Assembly: GCF_038025025.1 (NCBI RefSeq)
Contig: NW_027117352.1
Span: forward strand, 186,001 to 250,000
From: Phyllosticta citribraziliensis
Lineage: Eukaryota
Reading direction: 5' to 3'
DNA: 64,000 nt
Made by a program: the position numbers and the translations under genes
The notes under the pieces: generated by a model
The model's input: only the letters and a program-made list of their open reading frames with translations
What the model was told of the DNA's origin: nothing
Database searches by the model: none
Part shown: positions 1-11,486 of the stretch, in pieces
Layout of the letters: each line of letters begins with the position of its first letter
How positions within the stretch are numbered: the first letter of the stretch is position 1

Positions 1-1278
1 GAGTTCTCGAAAGGTGCCGAAGACACTTTATACATGAGGTGAACTCTAACACAGGCGGCATTACTAGACTAGCAGTAGGGATGCCGCGGGCAGTGTTACT
101 GCGCAGCAAACGATGATGAGTCGCCTCAACGTGGTCAGCATGCAGGATTCAGGGCCATAAGTTGATGCATGCAGGAACTTACCCACCAATCAGTGCTGTT
201 TTTTGACATGCTCAAAACTCACTTCACCCCACACTCGGGAGGCGGCTTTGCCAACCAATCCGCCCCATTTCTCGCCACCTATGGTTACACAATAATTATC
301 AGTACACTGTTAGAGTGCATCTTGTAAAGAAAATTTTGGTGTAGACAGACAGTCGGTGATGAGAGTGATTCGGCTGACTGCCTGATGAGGACTAGCTTAG
401 GCAGTGCGGCCGTGACATCAAACAGGGCCACTTGCGGCCAATCGATGTCCTGAGCAGCTGCGAGTGGCTGCCCACGTTTGATCGGTCGCCTGCATGGATG
501 ATCACCCTATGGTGCGGCGCCTATCAGCCTTTTTTGTGCATGGGCATCCGGTCGTGTGGCGACCATCGTCCTTTGCACTGCGTCTCAATTTCTCTTCGAC
601 TCCATTCCAGCTTTCAGCCTCTTGCCAGTCGACCAGAAGCCGTTCCAACGGCATCCTGTCAATTTACTTGGATGAGCTTTGTCCCCATTTGGTTCGTCGC
701 CGCTCTCGCGTTTCTGAACCTTTCCCCGCGTCAGACTGTTATTTATTTGGCCACAAAAACGGCGCCTTGAATTTTCGCTGACGCAACTACTTTGTACGTT
801 TCGCGCCTGAGTTACGAAATGAAGTCGTGAGGACAGCGGACAATCCGATTCCCGCTTTTGTACACACTGATCAGGGGGGACGGGATAATGCCGCCTCTGT
901 GCAACAAAGACTCGTGTCCGGTGTTCTGGCAAACGAATCGGACCCATGATCCCTGACCGTAGCGCACCCGAGAACCGTTGCGGACACGCGGCTCTGTGTG
1001 AGGCGACAATTCCTGCGCGATGACGTGGGGTGGGGGACCGACAGGCGGGGACGGCCGAGCGATAAAGGGCAAGCTGTGCCCGTCTGATGGACTGACTTTG
1101 GCTCTATCACGACTGCACCTCAGGGTGTCGATGGTCCACAACATTTTTTCGTCTTGAATTTGCGCATTATTCAACTATCCACAACGCCGTCACTTCGCGA
1201 TACCTGTTCCCAATCGCTCAACTCCGTACCTGAACACCCCAATGGTCCGCGAACTCACTATATGGATACACCATGCCG

Positions 1279-2017
1279 TCAGGGATGTGTCTCCAAGGTG
1301 TCCATATCCGTACACTCCATATTGTCCTCAATGGTAGTGACGGAGCGCCAGACTCCAGTAGTCCTCGACGAGGGTAAGCTGGAAGGAAGATCTTCAAGAT
1401 CAAGATCGAGTTCAAAAAAGGGCAAAATGTTGCGACGGACATGGCGTCGGTGGCGATATCGGCCCTGCTGGCCAGGACGAAGGCCTCGGGACTGGATTGG
1501 TGACTGGCTTGGCCCTGATGGCAAGGGTTCTGGAGAAATTGGCGTGTTAGAAGTTAGTCTGCCCGAAGTACGAAAGAAAACAGAAAGTGGTGCCAGGTAT
1601 GGATGGTTCAAAACCAAAATATCCATCATGGAGCGCTCAGTGATTGGTGACGGTCCCAGACAAGGAGAGTCCACCAGATTGTGTGGGTCGAGTTGTTGAC
1701 CACGGACCGTCCGGAGTAAGAGATGAACTGACCTGACGCTCCGCAGTTGCGCCTTGTCGAGTCCTTCTTCATGACGGTTGCCATGAATGGCCAGAACCAT
1801 TTCCGACACATGAAGCCGGTGAGTGGAACGGCCACTGCCAGAGCTAATCCAGCTAAACCGATTTTGGCCTCCATTGACCAAGTGGCATCGTTCTCTGGCG
1901 CTGAGTATGATCAGTACTGAATCAGACTGTTGTTTTGGGAAGCGACGAACCAATGAAGCCAGTTGAAGATGCATTTAATAGGTCGGTATGCACAGATTCG
2001 ATGGATTCGATAGCCAT
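1279..2017 (-). CDS. SxEA-TM small single-pass membrane protein, copy A (~161 aa, 3 exons)
   Basis: Exons 2017-1951, 1900-1733, 1529-1279. Introns GTTCGT..CTGAT..CAG (50 nt) and GTCAGT..CTAAC..CAG (203 nt), both phase 1. Spliced: MAIESIESVHTDLLNASSTGFIAPENDATWSMEAKIGLAGLALAVAVPLTGFMCRKWFW...EPLPSG...LETHP*. Confidence 0.75.
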
Positions 2018-2460
2018 TCTGCGTCCTTTGTACAATTCCAACGATCATAAAAGACCAAAATCGACAAAGGGAGGAGGATGGTGGATTGAAAAGAGATGGG
2101 AAAGGGACTTATTTTATGCGACCCTTTCGAGCAGAAGTAGGGTCGGTATAGGTGAGTCGCACGAGCTGTTGATTGGGCATACCGGTACGCTGCTCTATCG
2201 AGGCTTTGAAGCGTCAGGGGCCGTGCAACTGTCCCAGCTCCCCGTATAAACTGCAACTCTTGACCTCGGGCGTCGTTGCCTTCGACGCATGCCAACGCCG
2301 CTGTGGCAAGCAGAAGGGAACCTTTACCGACCTGTCTCGCGTGTGCTGTCGCAATTCATGTGCTGCTGCAGTTTGCTGCGCAGTCATCACCAGCCCTGAG
2401 CCTGGCCCGGTGTCGAACTGACTGAGTTCTCGCTGCAGTCCTTCTTAAAAAGCGCACCTG

Positions 2461-2571
2461 CGTGGGGAGCAAATTGGGAGACCAGGTCGTCACTGCGGGA
2501 AATGCTACAGTGCCACGCTCGTGGGGAGCAAAATGGGCGACTAAATCGTCACTGCGGGAACTGCTGCAGTG
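2461..2571. repeat. Imperfect 2-copy direct repeat, period 59 bp
   Basis: cgtggggagcaaa-ttgggagaccagg-tcgtcactgcgggaa-atgctacagtg at 2461 versus cgtggggagcaaa-atgggcgactaaa-tcgtcactgcgggaa-ctgctgcagtg at 2520. Confidence 0.85.
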
Positions 2572-3542
2572 TGACTAGGAGTGACATTCGACAACGTCGA
2601 GGTTGCTATGGCTTGCGGGATCGAATCTGGATTTCTTTTGGCCCCCGCGTCGGAGACTCGGTTGCACATGGTGCACCTTCTACTACCGGCTTGCCTTTGC
2701 GCAAAGCAATTCCTCCTCCCTCGGCCTGTCGATCCTTACGAGTCAAGGTTTTTTGGCCATTCTTAATTTGCGCACGAAGCACCTATGATCCAACACCGTT
2801 GCCTGCGTGAGATAGAGGTCCGCAAAGTCTAGTCGCGTAAATTGAGTGTTCCGTGGGCCACTTGGACATCCGCTTCCACACCCCGCTCGGCCTGTCAGCT
2901 TACGCCGACCAACGTGTACCCATAATTTTCTGTTGGACCTCTGCTGCCGGCCCATCTGAATTGTCGGCTTACACCGGCAATGGATTCAAGAAGAGTGTTA
3001 TTGTCTCCATCCAGTCTTGGTATTTTTTTCAATTCGCCACGGAACGCACTCGCGTTGAGGAAGGGTGCCATTCCTGCGCGCATCCCATGTCAGGCCTATC
3101 GACGACCGTCTGTTACCCCTTGGTCATAGACATAAGTATAACAATTTAATCTTTGATTTCCTCAATCTTCCAATCCGTCCATCTTCCCAACTGTGATTGC
3201 GAGGATTCCCGTCAAGACGGTGCACTAGCGGGAGCGAAACCGTCCACGCGCACGGACAGCGGCCCGTCCCGCATCATCACAGGCCATTCCTTGTCTTGCA
3301 CTTTGAAGACTTCTCATTGCATTTCAGTGATTCTGTATAATGAACTAGTAAATCATAAGCATCGATCCGTCGTCCCAATCTCTTCGGTGGTTGTTTGCCA
3401 ACTCCAGCTCAAATGCATGTCGTTTCTCATGTTCATAATTCGTTCCAATTTCATGATTTGACAAAAGAAATGTGTTCCCCAGTTCCCCAGTTCACCTAAG
3501 GCATTCAGACTTGGACGTTTACCAAGCATTTAGCCATACAGA

Positions 3543-4349
3543 TCACACGCCCAAGGGTTGAGGCTCTGGAGTAGACGTATCGCAAGTTGACCTTTCCAGT
3601 TCCGTCTCTGGCGACTTGAAAGGGAAGTCACACGGATCAGACGATGAACGGCGCAACGACGTTGGTGGCCGGTCTGTTGTCGAGATTCGAAACTCTTCAT
3701 ATGCGACTCTGTACATTTTTCGGTGTCCGAGAGAGGAATGTGAACGTCGTTTGAAGGTCTGAATATCGGCCGGCTGGATCTCCAGTCCCTCCTGAGGCGG
3801 ACTCAAAGGTGGTGGTGGTGGCAGGTTTTGAGGGAGGGGCTCACGTCGGACTTCGATTGGAACATCCGGTTGCTCTGCTCAACTCAGTATGGCTTCAATT
3901 AAACAACTAAAGACTCGCGGTATCAGGAGGACAAACGGAGACTTGTCCTCTACCGACTAGAATGAACTTACCTGGATCCGGTCCCTTGCTGGATGACGAG
4001 AATGTGTTCTTGTAGGATCCGCACAGGCGAGGAAAACAGTCCCCCAAAGCGACTACATGGCTCACAAGCCACGCGCCAACGGCTTTCAATGTGGTGGTAA
4101 ACCGTGAAAATGATCGTGAAAGGTTGCGCTTGAAGATGCCGTAAAGATTTGATTCAACAGCCCAGTTGATTACAGCAGTGACAAAAGGGACAGCAATCGC
4201 GACCAAAATGGCGATCAGTCCGAGTTTAGCCTCAAGGGACCAAGAATCTGCACTTTCGGGGCTTGCTGTAAGTTGTTGAATTAGCAATGATACCATACAT
4301 TTAAGTGGGCAAGGATAGACGAACCACTTCGGACTGGGATGGGCGGCAT
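3543..4349 (-). CDS. SxEA-TM small single-pass membrane protein, copy B (~216 aa, 3 exons)
   Basis: Exons 4349-4325, 4265-3972, 3874-3543. Introns GTTCGT..GCTAAT..TACAG and GTAAGT..GCAG, both phase 1. MPPIPVRSASPESADSWSLEAKLGLIAILVAIAVPFVTAVINW... TATAAA about 100 nt upstream (4451-4456). The intron-2 acceptor is uncertain: an alternative TAG at ~3907 would stop the protein almost immediately. Confidence 0.7.
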
Positions 4350-6592
4350 GTCGCTGAGACTGACTGAAAGAGGGTGAGGACGAACTCTGAAGTGAATGAC
4401 TTGTTCGATGAGAATGCTGAGAAAAGTGCAGTGATCCAATCCGCAAATACTTTATACAGACCATGGCTCGCGTAACGCACCAAGGAAAATTCAGAAGAAA
4501 AGACGGTAAAGGGTTTGGAGAGCCTAGAGAATTCACTTGTGTTGGGTGTGGGGTACCTTGACGAGGTGGCTTGGATTGATTGGACAGTGTCGTTTCGCTT
4601 TGCGACGATTCTCGTCCGCATCCCTGGAAATCAGCCTTGGGGACACTCCCAAAGGTACAGTTCAGGTACTGTGCCACATGCAAAGGGTAAGGTGATATGG
4701 CGGTGCGCACGTTGCGCTTTCCCGGCCAATGGATTTTTCGCACCGCCACCACCAACACGCCGAGGACAAAAATGTCGTCAGATGTGATTCTGTGCATGAA
4801 GATTTTGCGCACCCGAGTCCATGGACAAACGAATCCTTGTTTACGTGCGGAGTCTACCCTTTGTCCATCTCTTACATTGCGATCAAAGAAGACGCAGGAA
4901 GCGAGTGTTCAGTCATTTCCACGGAGCCGGGAAGTCAATCAGAGCTCTGGAAGTTGTGAAATACAGACCACAGTTTGCATGAGGAAACAGGATAGGAAAG
5001 ACTGATCGACAGGTTGCAGGGCTGACCTCCCCCATTCGGTAGGCATGTGACTAGCTGGAAGGATTCCAGTAGGGACGTGGAGAGGTGCAGGTATGCCCAA
5101 CTCATTGCAAGGCTGATCAACGGTCTCGAAGCAGATAGATCTGCATCTGTCAACGAAAACGGCGAGCCGGACATCGTCTTTTCTGACTGTCACCTGCCTT
5201 GCTTGCTAATCAGTCGGAGTGTTGTTTGAAATCCTCTTCTTGTTCTTTCCAGTTTACAGTGAGTTCGGCAAGGCATCAAGTTGCAGAACAATCCGAAGTG
5301 GTCGATATCTTCTCCTGATTTCAAGGCCTGCTGGTGCGATGCAAGAGCAAACAGTAGACATTTTTTGCAAAGACAACAACCCGCAGGCGATGCCGCGGGT
5401 CCCGTCTCGTCCCTTTATCTTTATCCCTTCTCTGTTTGCCGCGTTCCCCTCCTGGTCTGTTGCGCTTCGACAGTTTGTCGAATCCAATCTCTCAGACGTT
5501 CATCCTAGTGAAATTGTATACTGTCGCAAGTCCCTTGGACAGATTGCGCATTGATTGATTGGATCAGGGCGACAGCTTGGATCTGCGTGTCCGGCAGGTG
5601 GAAAATCTCCCGTGTTTCCAACAGCGATGCGACCGAATTTTGATCGTGAGATTGCCCAAGACGAACAAGATCATTCAAAGCAAAGTGACGAGGGCTTTGA
5701 GCAATCGAAATGCTGTGGCAGACTGCACGGCGAGCGGGCGATACGCCGCACCTGGTCATGTCAGTCTAGAGCCACGAAAGTCAACGGCAAGCAAGCTGGT
5801 GCACCGTCTAAACAAACTGACGAAGAGTTTTTGCGCTGAGAGCCAGGTTTGCTCGCTTCCGATGCTGCGACTGACATGCGTTGTGGATCCCCACTTTGGG
5901 GCCAAAATGCCAACGTGTGTTTGGTTTGCTGCCCTTCTGTCGTCTGACGAGGTACTTAAAGCCTTACGCCCCCGACTTCTGTGTCGGCTTCGACCCAGAA
6001 ATTCGCCCCCAAACTGACCCCTCCGACTCGTTCTACGACAGTTGGGGTCTTCCCACAACAATCTTCCGCACCAATTCCTCGCCTGTCAGTCTACCTGTCG
6101 ACTTTGGCTAATGTTTTGAACAGAGAATCTTTCAAGTCTTTCAAGTCGCATTCCATCCGAGATCTACCGTTTCAACCATATGAAGTCCTGCAAAACTTGA
6201 CCGTTTCCTCGCTCGTCGCGTTCGACGCTTCGTTTTTCGTAGCGCTGCGCGCAAATCTGAACCTTCACACTTGTGACCACCAAAACAGGGGCCTATGTTC
6301 AGGAAACATTGTACAATTCTCTTGATAATGGTGGAGCGCGACAACGGAAAATTAAGGACAAGAGCTCTCCAGACCCTCTTGGTATCATAACAAAAGCGCG
6401 TGCCCAAAGTATACCCTTGCGCGACAGGAACCTAACACGGAACAGCAAAAGGAATTTATTTGTGTTGAAAACCATTGGAAATGAAACGCTCCTTTGTGCT
6501 CCAGATGATGCTTGACAGCGTCTAATTGCAATAATTCCTGGGCTCTCAGAGTCGGGAAGTGACGAGGGACTTTTGTTTGCCGGTTGTATTAT

Positions 6593-7056
6593 TTAATGTT
6601 GGATGAAACCGCGCTCCCTAACTGAAAACTGACCCGGTATCGTTGTCGGAAGACCACTAAGGCTCATGAATACCAGAAAATCAACACGAGCAGGCGTCGG
6701 AATGTGTCCGCCTCGATGATTTGGCGATGCGACCGGTATCATTGTTGGCAGCATGGGGACAGCTTCTGCTTAATTTAACTTTGGCGTTACTTGAAGATGA
6801 TCTGTCTTTTACCTGGATCTTCATCTCTACGAGAAAGACTCGCGCTGAACAACTGTCTGATGATGTGGAGGATTCGGTTTCGAAATACAAAGCCAGAAAG
6901 TGGTACTAGGACTGCCAGTACGAGACCAACAATGCCTATTATTGCTTCGGTTGATGGACCTGATTCCCCAGACGTCGATTCTAGTTGTATATTTGAACCT
7001 GCCACAGTGAGATTGGTAAGTGCTTGTAGGCAGGGGAGCGTTGACTAACTGTTCAT
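6593..7056 (-). CDS. SxEA-TM small single-pass membrane protein, copy C (~121 aa, 3 exons)
   Basis: Exons 7056-7050 (ATGAACA), 6998-6813, 6765-6593; phase-1 introns of 51 and 47 nt. MNSSNIQLESTSGESGPSTEAIIGIVGLVLAVLVPLSGFVFRNR...DEDP|EAVPMLP...RVDFLVFM...FIQH*. Confidence 0.78.
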
Positions 7057-8557
7057 GATGGCCTAGGTCTCAGTTCCTTTTCTACAGATGAGATTCAGGA
7101 AGGACGAAGTGAGGAAATCAAAATTGCCAGGAGATCAATGAATGCAAACTATGGTGTGAGTGAAAAAAGTAAGATGGAGAATCAAGATGTTTAATACTGA
7201 TTTCTGAGTTTCTCTGCCTGTTTGTGATGCCTGTTTAAAGCCCGTTGGGCGATGCAACGTGGCTATCCTGCATTCAGACTAGTCTCCCTAGGTCCTATGT
7301 CGCTGCCAAGACTTGCACTGCCTTATAGTACACTAACCCCAAACAGATTTGTTGTTCCCGGGCGCAGATCAGTTCTACACAAGACCCTGCATAGATCAAG
7401 TCTTTGTATGCTCACTGCTCGTTAATGAGATGCTATTTGTAATTATTCATCTTTGAATTCACAAGCATTGTTCACTCAATGTTGCCAAATTAATTGAGAC
7501 AGGAAAAATTGTTCCGAAGAATGTTTCTGACGCCTCTGTAAGCGCGACTACGCGTTCCTGCAATACTCAATCCCATGTCTGTGTGCGTCGAGCGAACGTT
7601 GAAATCCCATCGTGCTGTCACGACCAGCCATCTCGAGCCAAAAAGTGAGACAGGGCAAGTGTAACCATCAGAAGTAGCTCCGGCGCTCGAAAATTTTGTT
7701 GAATTTCATACCAGTTTATCTCTTTTGTGATCATTGTTTGAAGTCTGTGCTGTTCTTGGAGGGCAAAAGGAATATCCGCAAATCGGACAACACAAACTAC
7801 CAAGGTGCCCAAAATATTTGCACTCTATCAGAACCCTGAGCTTGAGATCCATAACCTGTTTCTGAGTTTCTCACCAGGTGGCTTCCTGAAACCTCATGCT
7901 TTTGGGTTGACAAAACTGCCTGATCCGGTTAGCGCGAACCAATCCACCGCAAAAACGTGAACAACGTTCAATCCGGAAACTGGGCGCCAGTAAAGGCCAA
8001 TCCACGCCCACGCTGTTGATAAAAGAAGCTTTTGAGTGGCTCGGACGAACGTGTTGGCGTCAAGGTAATCGAGAATGGGGCAGACCGAAAAGTCCAGAAG
8101 CAGACGCCATGTCCGCCGAGAAGCTTCTCTTGGGTCACACCGACGCTCACGACTCGACGATTCGACCTCTCCACCTTGGGATCCGTCTTGAAATTGTTCG
8201 TGTCTGTCATGAACCTGCGGCATCATGAATCCGACTGCCTTGCGGTCGGGTTCCACGTGAACTCCACATGAGGTTTCTTAGACGCGAAGGAAGCTTGAGA
8301 TGGCTCAAATAGCAGTGTGAAATTTATAGAGGAAGCTAAATGAAACAATTAAAGAAGATGATGACACGAGGCCTGACGTTTGAAACCTGAACGCAGACCA
8401 AAATGGAACTTTTCCACCAAAAGCTTTTAGCTTGAAATTACCTCGCGATCCAGCAGTTATTGATAACATGTTATACATAGATTCGTACAGGCTCCGTCAT
8501 GTGGAGAAGCCTTTTGGCGGCGGAGTGTAGAGACGGGAAGGTGTTCCAGTAACTGAG

Positions 8558-9001
8558 TTATTCGCAACGCAATTCGAGTCGGTCGCCATCGGATCTGGGA
8601 CTTTGGTCGCGGAAGTAGTGGACCCAGTCACTGGTAGGCGAGGGGTCTTGCGGATCCTGGTAGTTTTCTCCGGCCATGAATATGGGTATGAGTTCTGATA
8701 GTGTCAGATTTGGAAAGCGAGGTGTGCATCGCAGCAGGTGCTCACCTATATCGAGTACTTTGTCCTTGGACCGTTTGAGGAATCGAGATATTTGTCGGCG
8801 GAGAATGAAGCCAAAGATTGGCACGAAGACTGTGACGAGTACACCGACGAGGCTGATGATCGCTTCATTTGACAGGGTAGATCTTGGAACCGGCGCGGGC
8901 GAGGGCGAGGGAAAGGGAGAGGGCAGGTGTGGGGGACTGTTTGTGTCTACGACAATTTCAGTCAATGTTGCGGTCTTGGAAAACATTGCCATACTGTTCA
9001 T
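8558..9001 (-). CDS. SxEA-TM small single-pass membrane protein, copy D (~114 aa, 3 exons)
   Basis: Exons 9001-8995 (ATGAACA), 8946-8746, 8694-8558; phase-1 introns GTATGG..TAG (48 nt) and GTGAGC..CTGAC..CAG (51 nt), both in-frame and stop-free. MNNTNSPPHLP...TLSNEAIISLVGVLVTVFVPIFGFILRR...LDI|ELIPIF...RCE*. Confidence 0.8.
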   Translation of the reverse strand: MNSMAMFSKTATLTEIVVDTNSPPHLPSPFPSPSPAPVPRSTLSNEAIISLVGVLVTVFVPIFGFILRRQISRFLKRSKDKVLDIGEHLLRCTPRFPNLTLSELIPIFMAGENYQDPQDPSPTSDWVHYFRDQSPRSDGDRLELRCE

Positions 9002-10977
9002 CTGGATGAGGAAGGAATGTGAGACCCAAAGCACGTGGTATTTGGGATGTGACCTCTGTTTCCAACTGGATCTGTACAAGGACGGACAAAAATATGGCGC
9101 GTAGGACTACGGAGAGTGTGGGAACGTTCTCTGGGAAGTGCGCTCCTCTTGTGAAGAAGACGGTGTGGATGACGCTTGTCGATCCCTCCAAAAAACAGAG
9201 GGGGGAAGGCGCAAGGACGTCCGGGGCCAAGGTCCGAGAGGCCGTCGATAACGGGGCGTGGCGAGGCTACGACGACAACTTGGCGGATAGTGTCAAAGGC
9301 AGCGGCATGTGTCCTCATTTACGCTGCCGACACGCACCGCAGAAATGGTTGTTGTGGGGAATCCTGCCATGGCGACCCGTACATGAAATGGAAGGACTTA
9401 TGATGACGCTGGCGTTGGCGGAGTCGGCCTGGGCAAAGGATGGCACTGCAGGTACGGATGGTCTGCATTTTTGCCACTCGATCGCAGGTGTTGACACGCG
9501 GCGGTCCATGTGGTTGCAGCGCAGTAAGCCTCAAAGACGCACGAGAGACAAAAAGTAAATTTTCCCCAACACAACCCTTGAGGGCTGGGAAAAGGTCGGA
9601 TATTTGAGAAGTTGATCACGGCAATGGTGCCTCATTCACTTCGCGCCTGGAAGAACCGGACTGCGGTCATCGGCATCACCGAACCAATTAGCCACCATGC
9701 GCTGTCGCATGAAACACGTTTGAATCCCCGTGGGTCAAACGAAACGTCGGCCGTACCTTGCAGCATACCTTGTCGACAACCTCTAATGACCTCCCGGCCG
9801 GCAAAGCTGCGGAGTCGGCAACCTCATTTTGAACGTCGCCCAGATTTGCTTGGCCACCGCGATGCACAGAAACAGCAGTGAGGTGGCTCCGGGACAAGCT
9901 CGTGCTGCGGACCAGCCACGAGACTCGTAACAGATGGCAGTTGAACCCACTCTGAGACCTCCACCGCAGTAGCCCGTGAAGGCAGGACAGGAGTTTTGCC
10001 TATCAACGCCTCATATCATCGCAAGAGCGGCGTTTCAGCCGTATGATCGTCAGGGCGTGGCACAAGCAACACGAGGAATGAATAGCCGTGAACGCATGGC
10101 GTGCGGCTCTCTGGGAGGCCGGCAATGTCGAGTGGACAAGAATGGACGCGACGAAAAAACATGAGACGAAGAGGCTCTGCGAAGGTTGGGAGAAAGTGAA
10201 TTAGCCGCCCGGTGCCTGAAACGTTACCTCGCGTCCACTCGCCTGTTGCCTGTCGACTGTCGCCTGTCATCGGCTGCCACGTACGTACCTTGGCGGAAAT
10301 CGCCGCGCACGAGCAAGCCCTGTGTCTGAGGAAATGTCGTACGACGCCTTTCACCTCGTGCAGGAATGGCACAAACGACCCATCGTCGCACGAGCCTGAC
10401 GGCCACAAGTACCCCGCAGCCCGCGCATGAAAATCCCTTGAGACGGCCGCTTCGACTTTTCCAGAGTCGTTTTGGCAGAGATCAAGTGGAAGTCGAGTCA
10501 AGCGCGCTAACAAGTGGATCCAGGGCTCCACCACGGGCCGAGCCGCCTAGTCGATGATCGTCGCCTCGTGGCAAGGACTCCCTTGCGGCAGCGCGCTTCC
10601 ACCTCGACCGACAGCACACATTCAACGGCCAAACCTCGACTTTCGCACAGTCGCACAGTCGCATAGTTTTGCATCCAGAGATGGATGATGATATAGCTTC
10701 AAGATTGCCAGGAGTCGAAACAACTCCGTCTTGAACAGGGGTATACATGCGAAAGGAATTGGTAAAATGCTGGCCTCAACTGCGAGGATGGGAGAGACAA
10801 GAAGAAAAGAAAAGAAACGACACGGAAAGGGGAACCGAAGGCCAGATTCGCCAATTCTATGATGCAACAGATACCTCCGTCCACGATGCCGCTTGACGTT
10901 CCGCAATCTACCTTGCTTGAAGGAGAGGCCGCATGCATGAGACGCTGAAGACAATTCAATGCCAGGAGAAAGTGTTT

Positions 10978-11486
10978 TTAGAGGTTCGGTAACGTCCCCT
11001 CAGGAAAGACTGGCTGGTTTCCCGCAAACTGTTCGATTTGACGATCGAGCCGGGGCGCCTCGGCCACAACTGCGCGGTCCAGATTCAGAATCAGGGACAG
11101 GTCGATGCGAGTGGAGAGCATTCTCGGGCGCTGATCTTGAGCCTGTTGCTGCTGCATGGATTGCAACGGAAGGATGGGGATCGATTCTGCATGAGTCAGC
11201 AAGTCCACAGATCTCGAGTCTCCATCTTGGCAGATTTTTGGGACTGACCGGGGTCTGATGCGCATGCAGAACGTTTCTTAAGGCGTCTTTGGACTACACG
11301 GAAGCCGAAGCCAAGGAGCGGCACGACGATCGCTACGCACACACCAGCGATTGCAATCTTCGCTTCGGCCGATAAGCCTGAGCTCCCTGCAGCCGCGGAT
11401 GCAGCAGGCTGATTCGCTGTAGTAGTGTCTGTGGTTACATGAACACGTGGCCTGGTGATGGACTTCTCATCTGACTTACTGTTCAT
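10978..11486 (-). CDS. SxEA-TM small single-pass membrane protein, copy E (~131 aa, 3 exons)
   Basis: Exons 11486-11480 (ATGAACA), 11428-11249, 11186-10978; phase-1 introns GTAAGT..CAG (51 nt) and GTCAGT..GCTGAC..CAG (62 nt). MNNTTTANQ...GLSAEAKIAIAGVCVAIVVPLLGFGFRVVQRR...SDP|ESIPILP...RIDLSLIL...LPNL*. Confidence 0.82.

Noticed and set aside
432..1270. Overlapping ORFs, including a hydrophobic FVPIWFVAALAFL stretch, as another family member
   Set aside because: No SxEA motif, opposite strand to the array, and no matching intron layout.
3907..4812. 301-aa ORF as a single-exon gene
   Set aside because: It has a non-ATG start and runs through promoter and intron sequence; only the central part is exon 2 of copy B.
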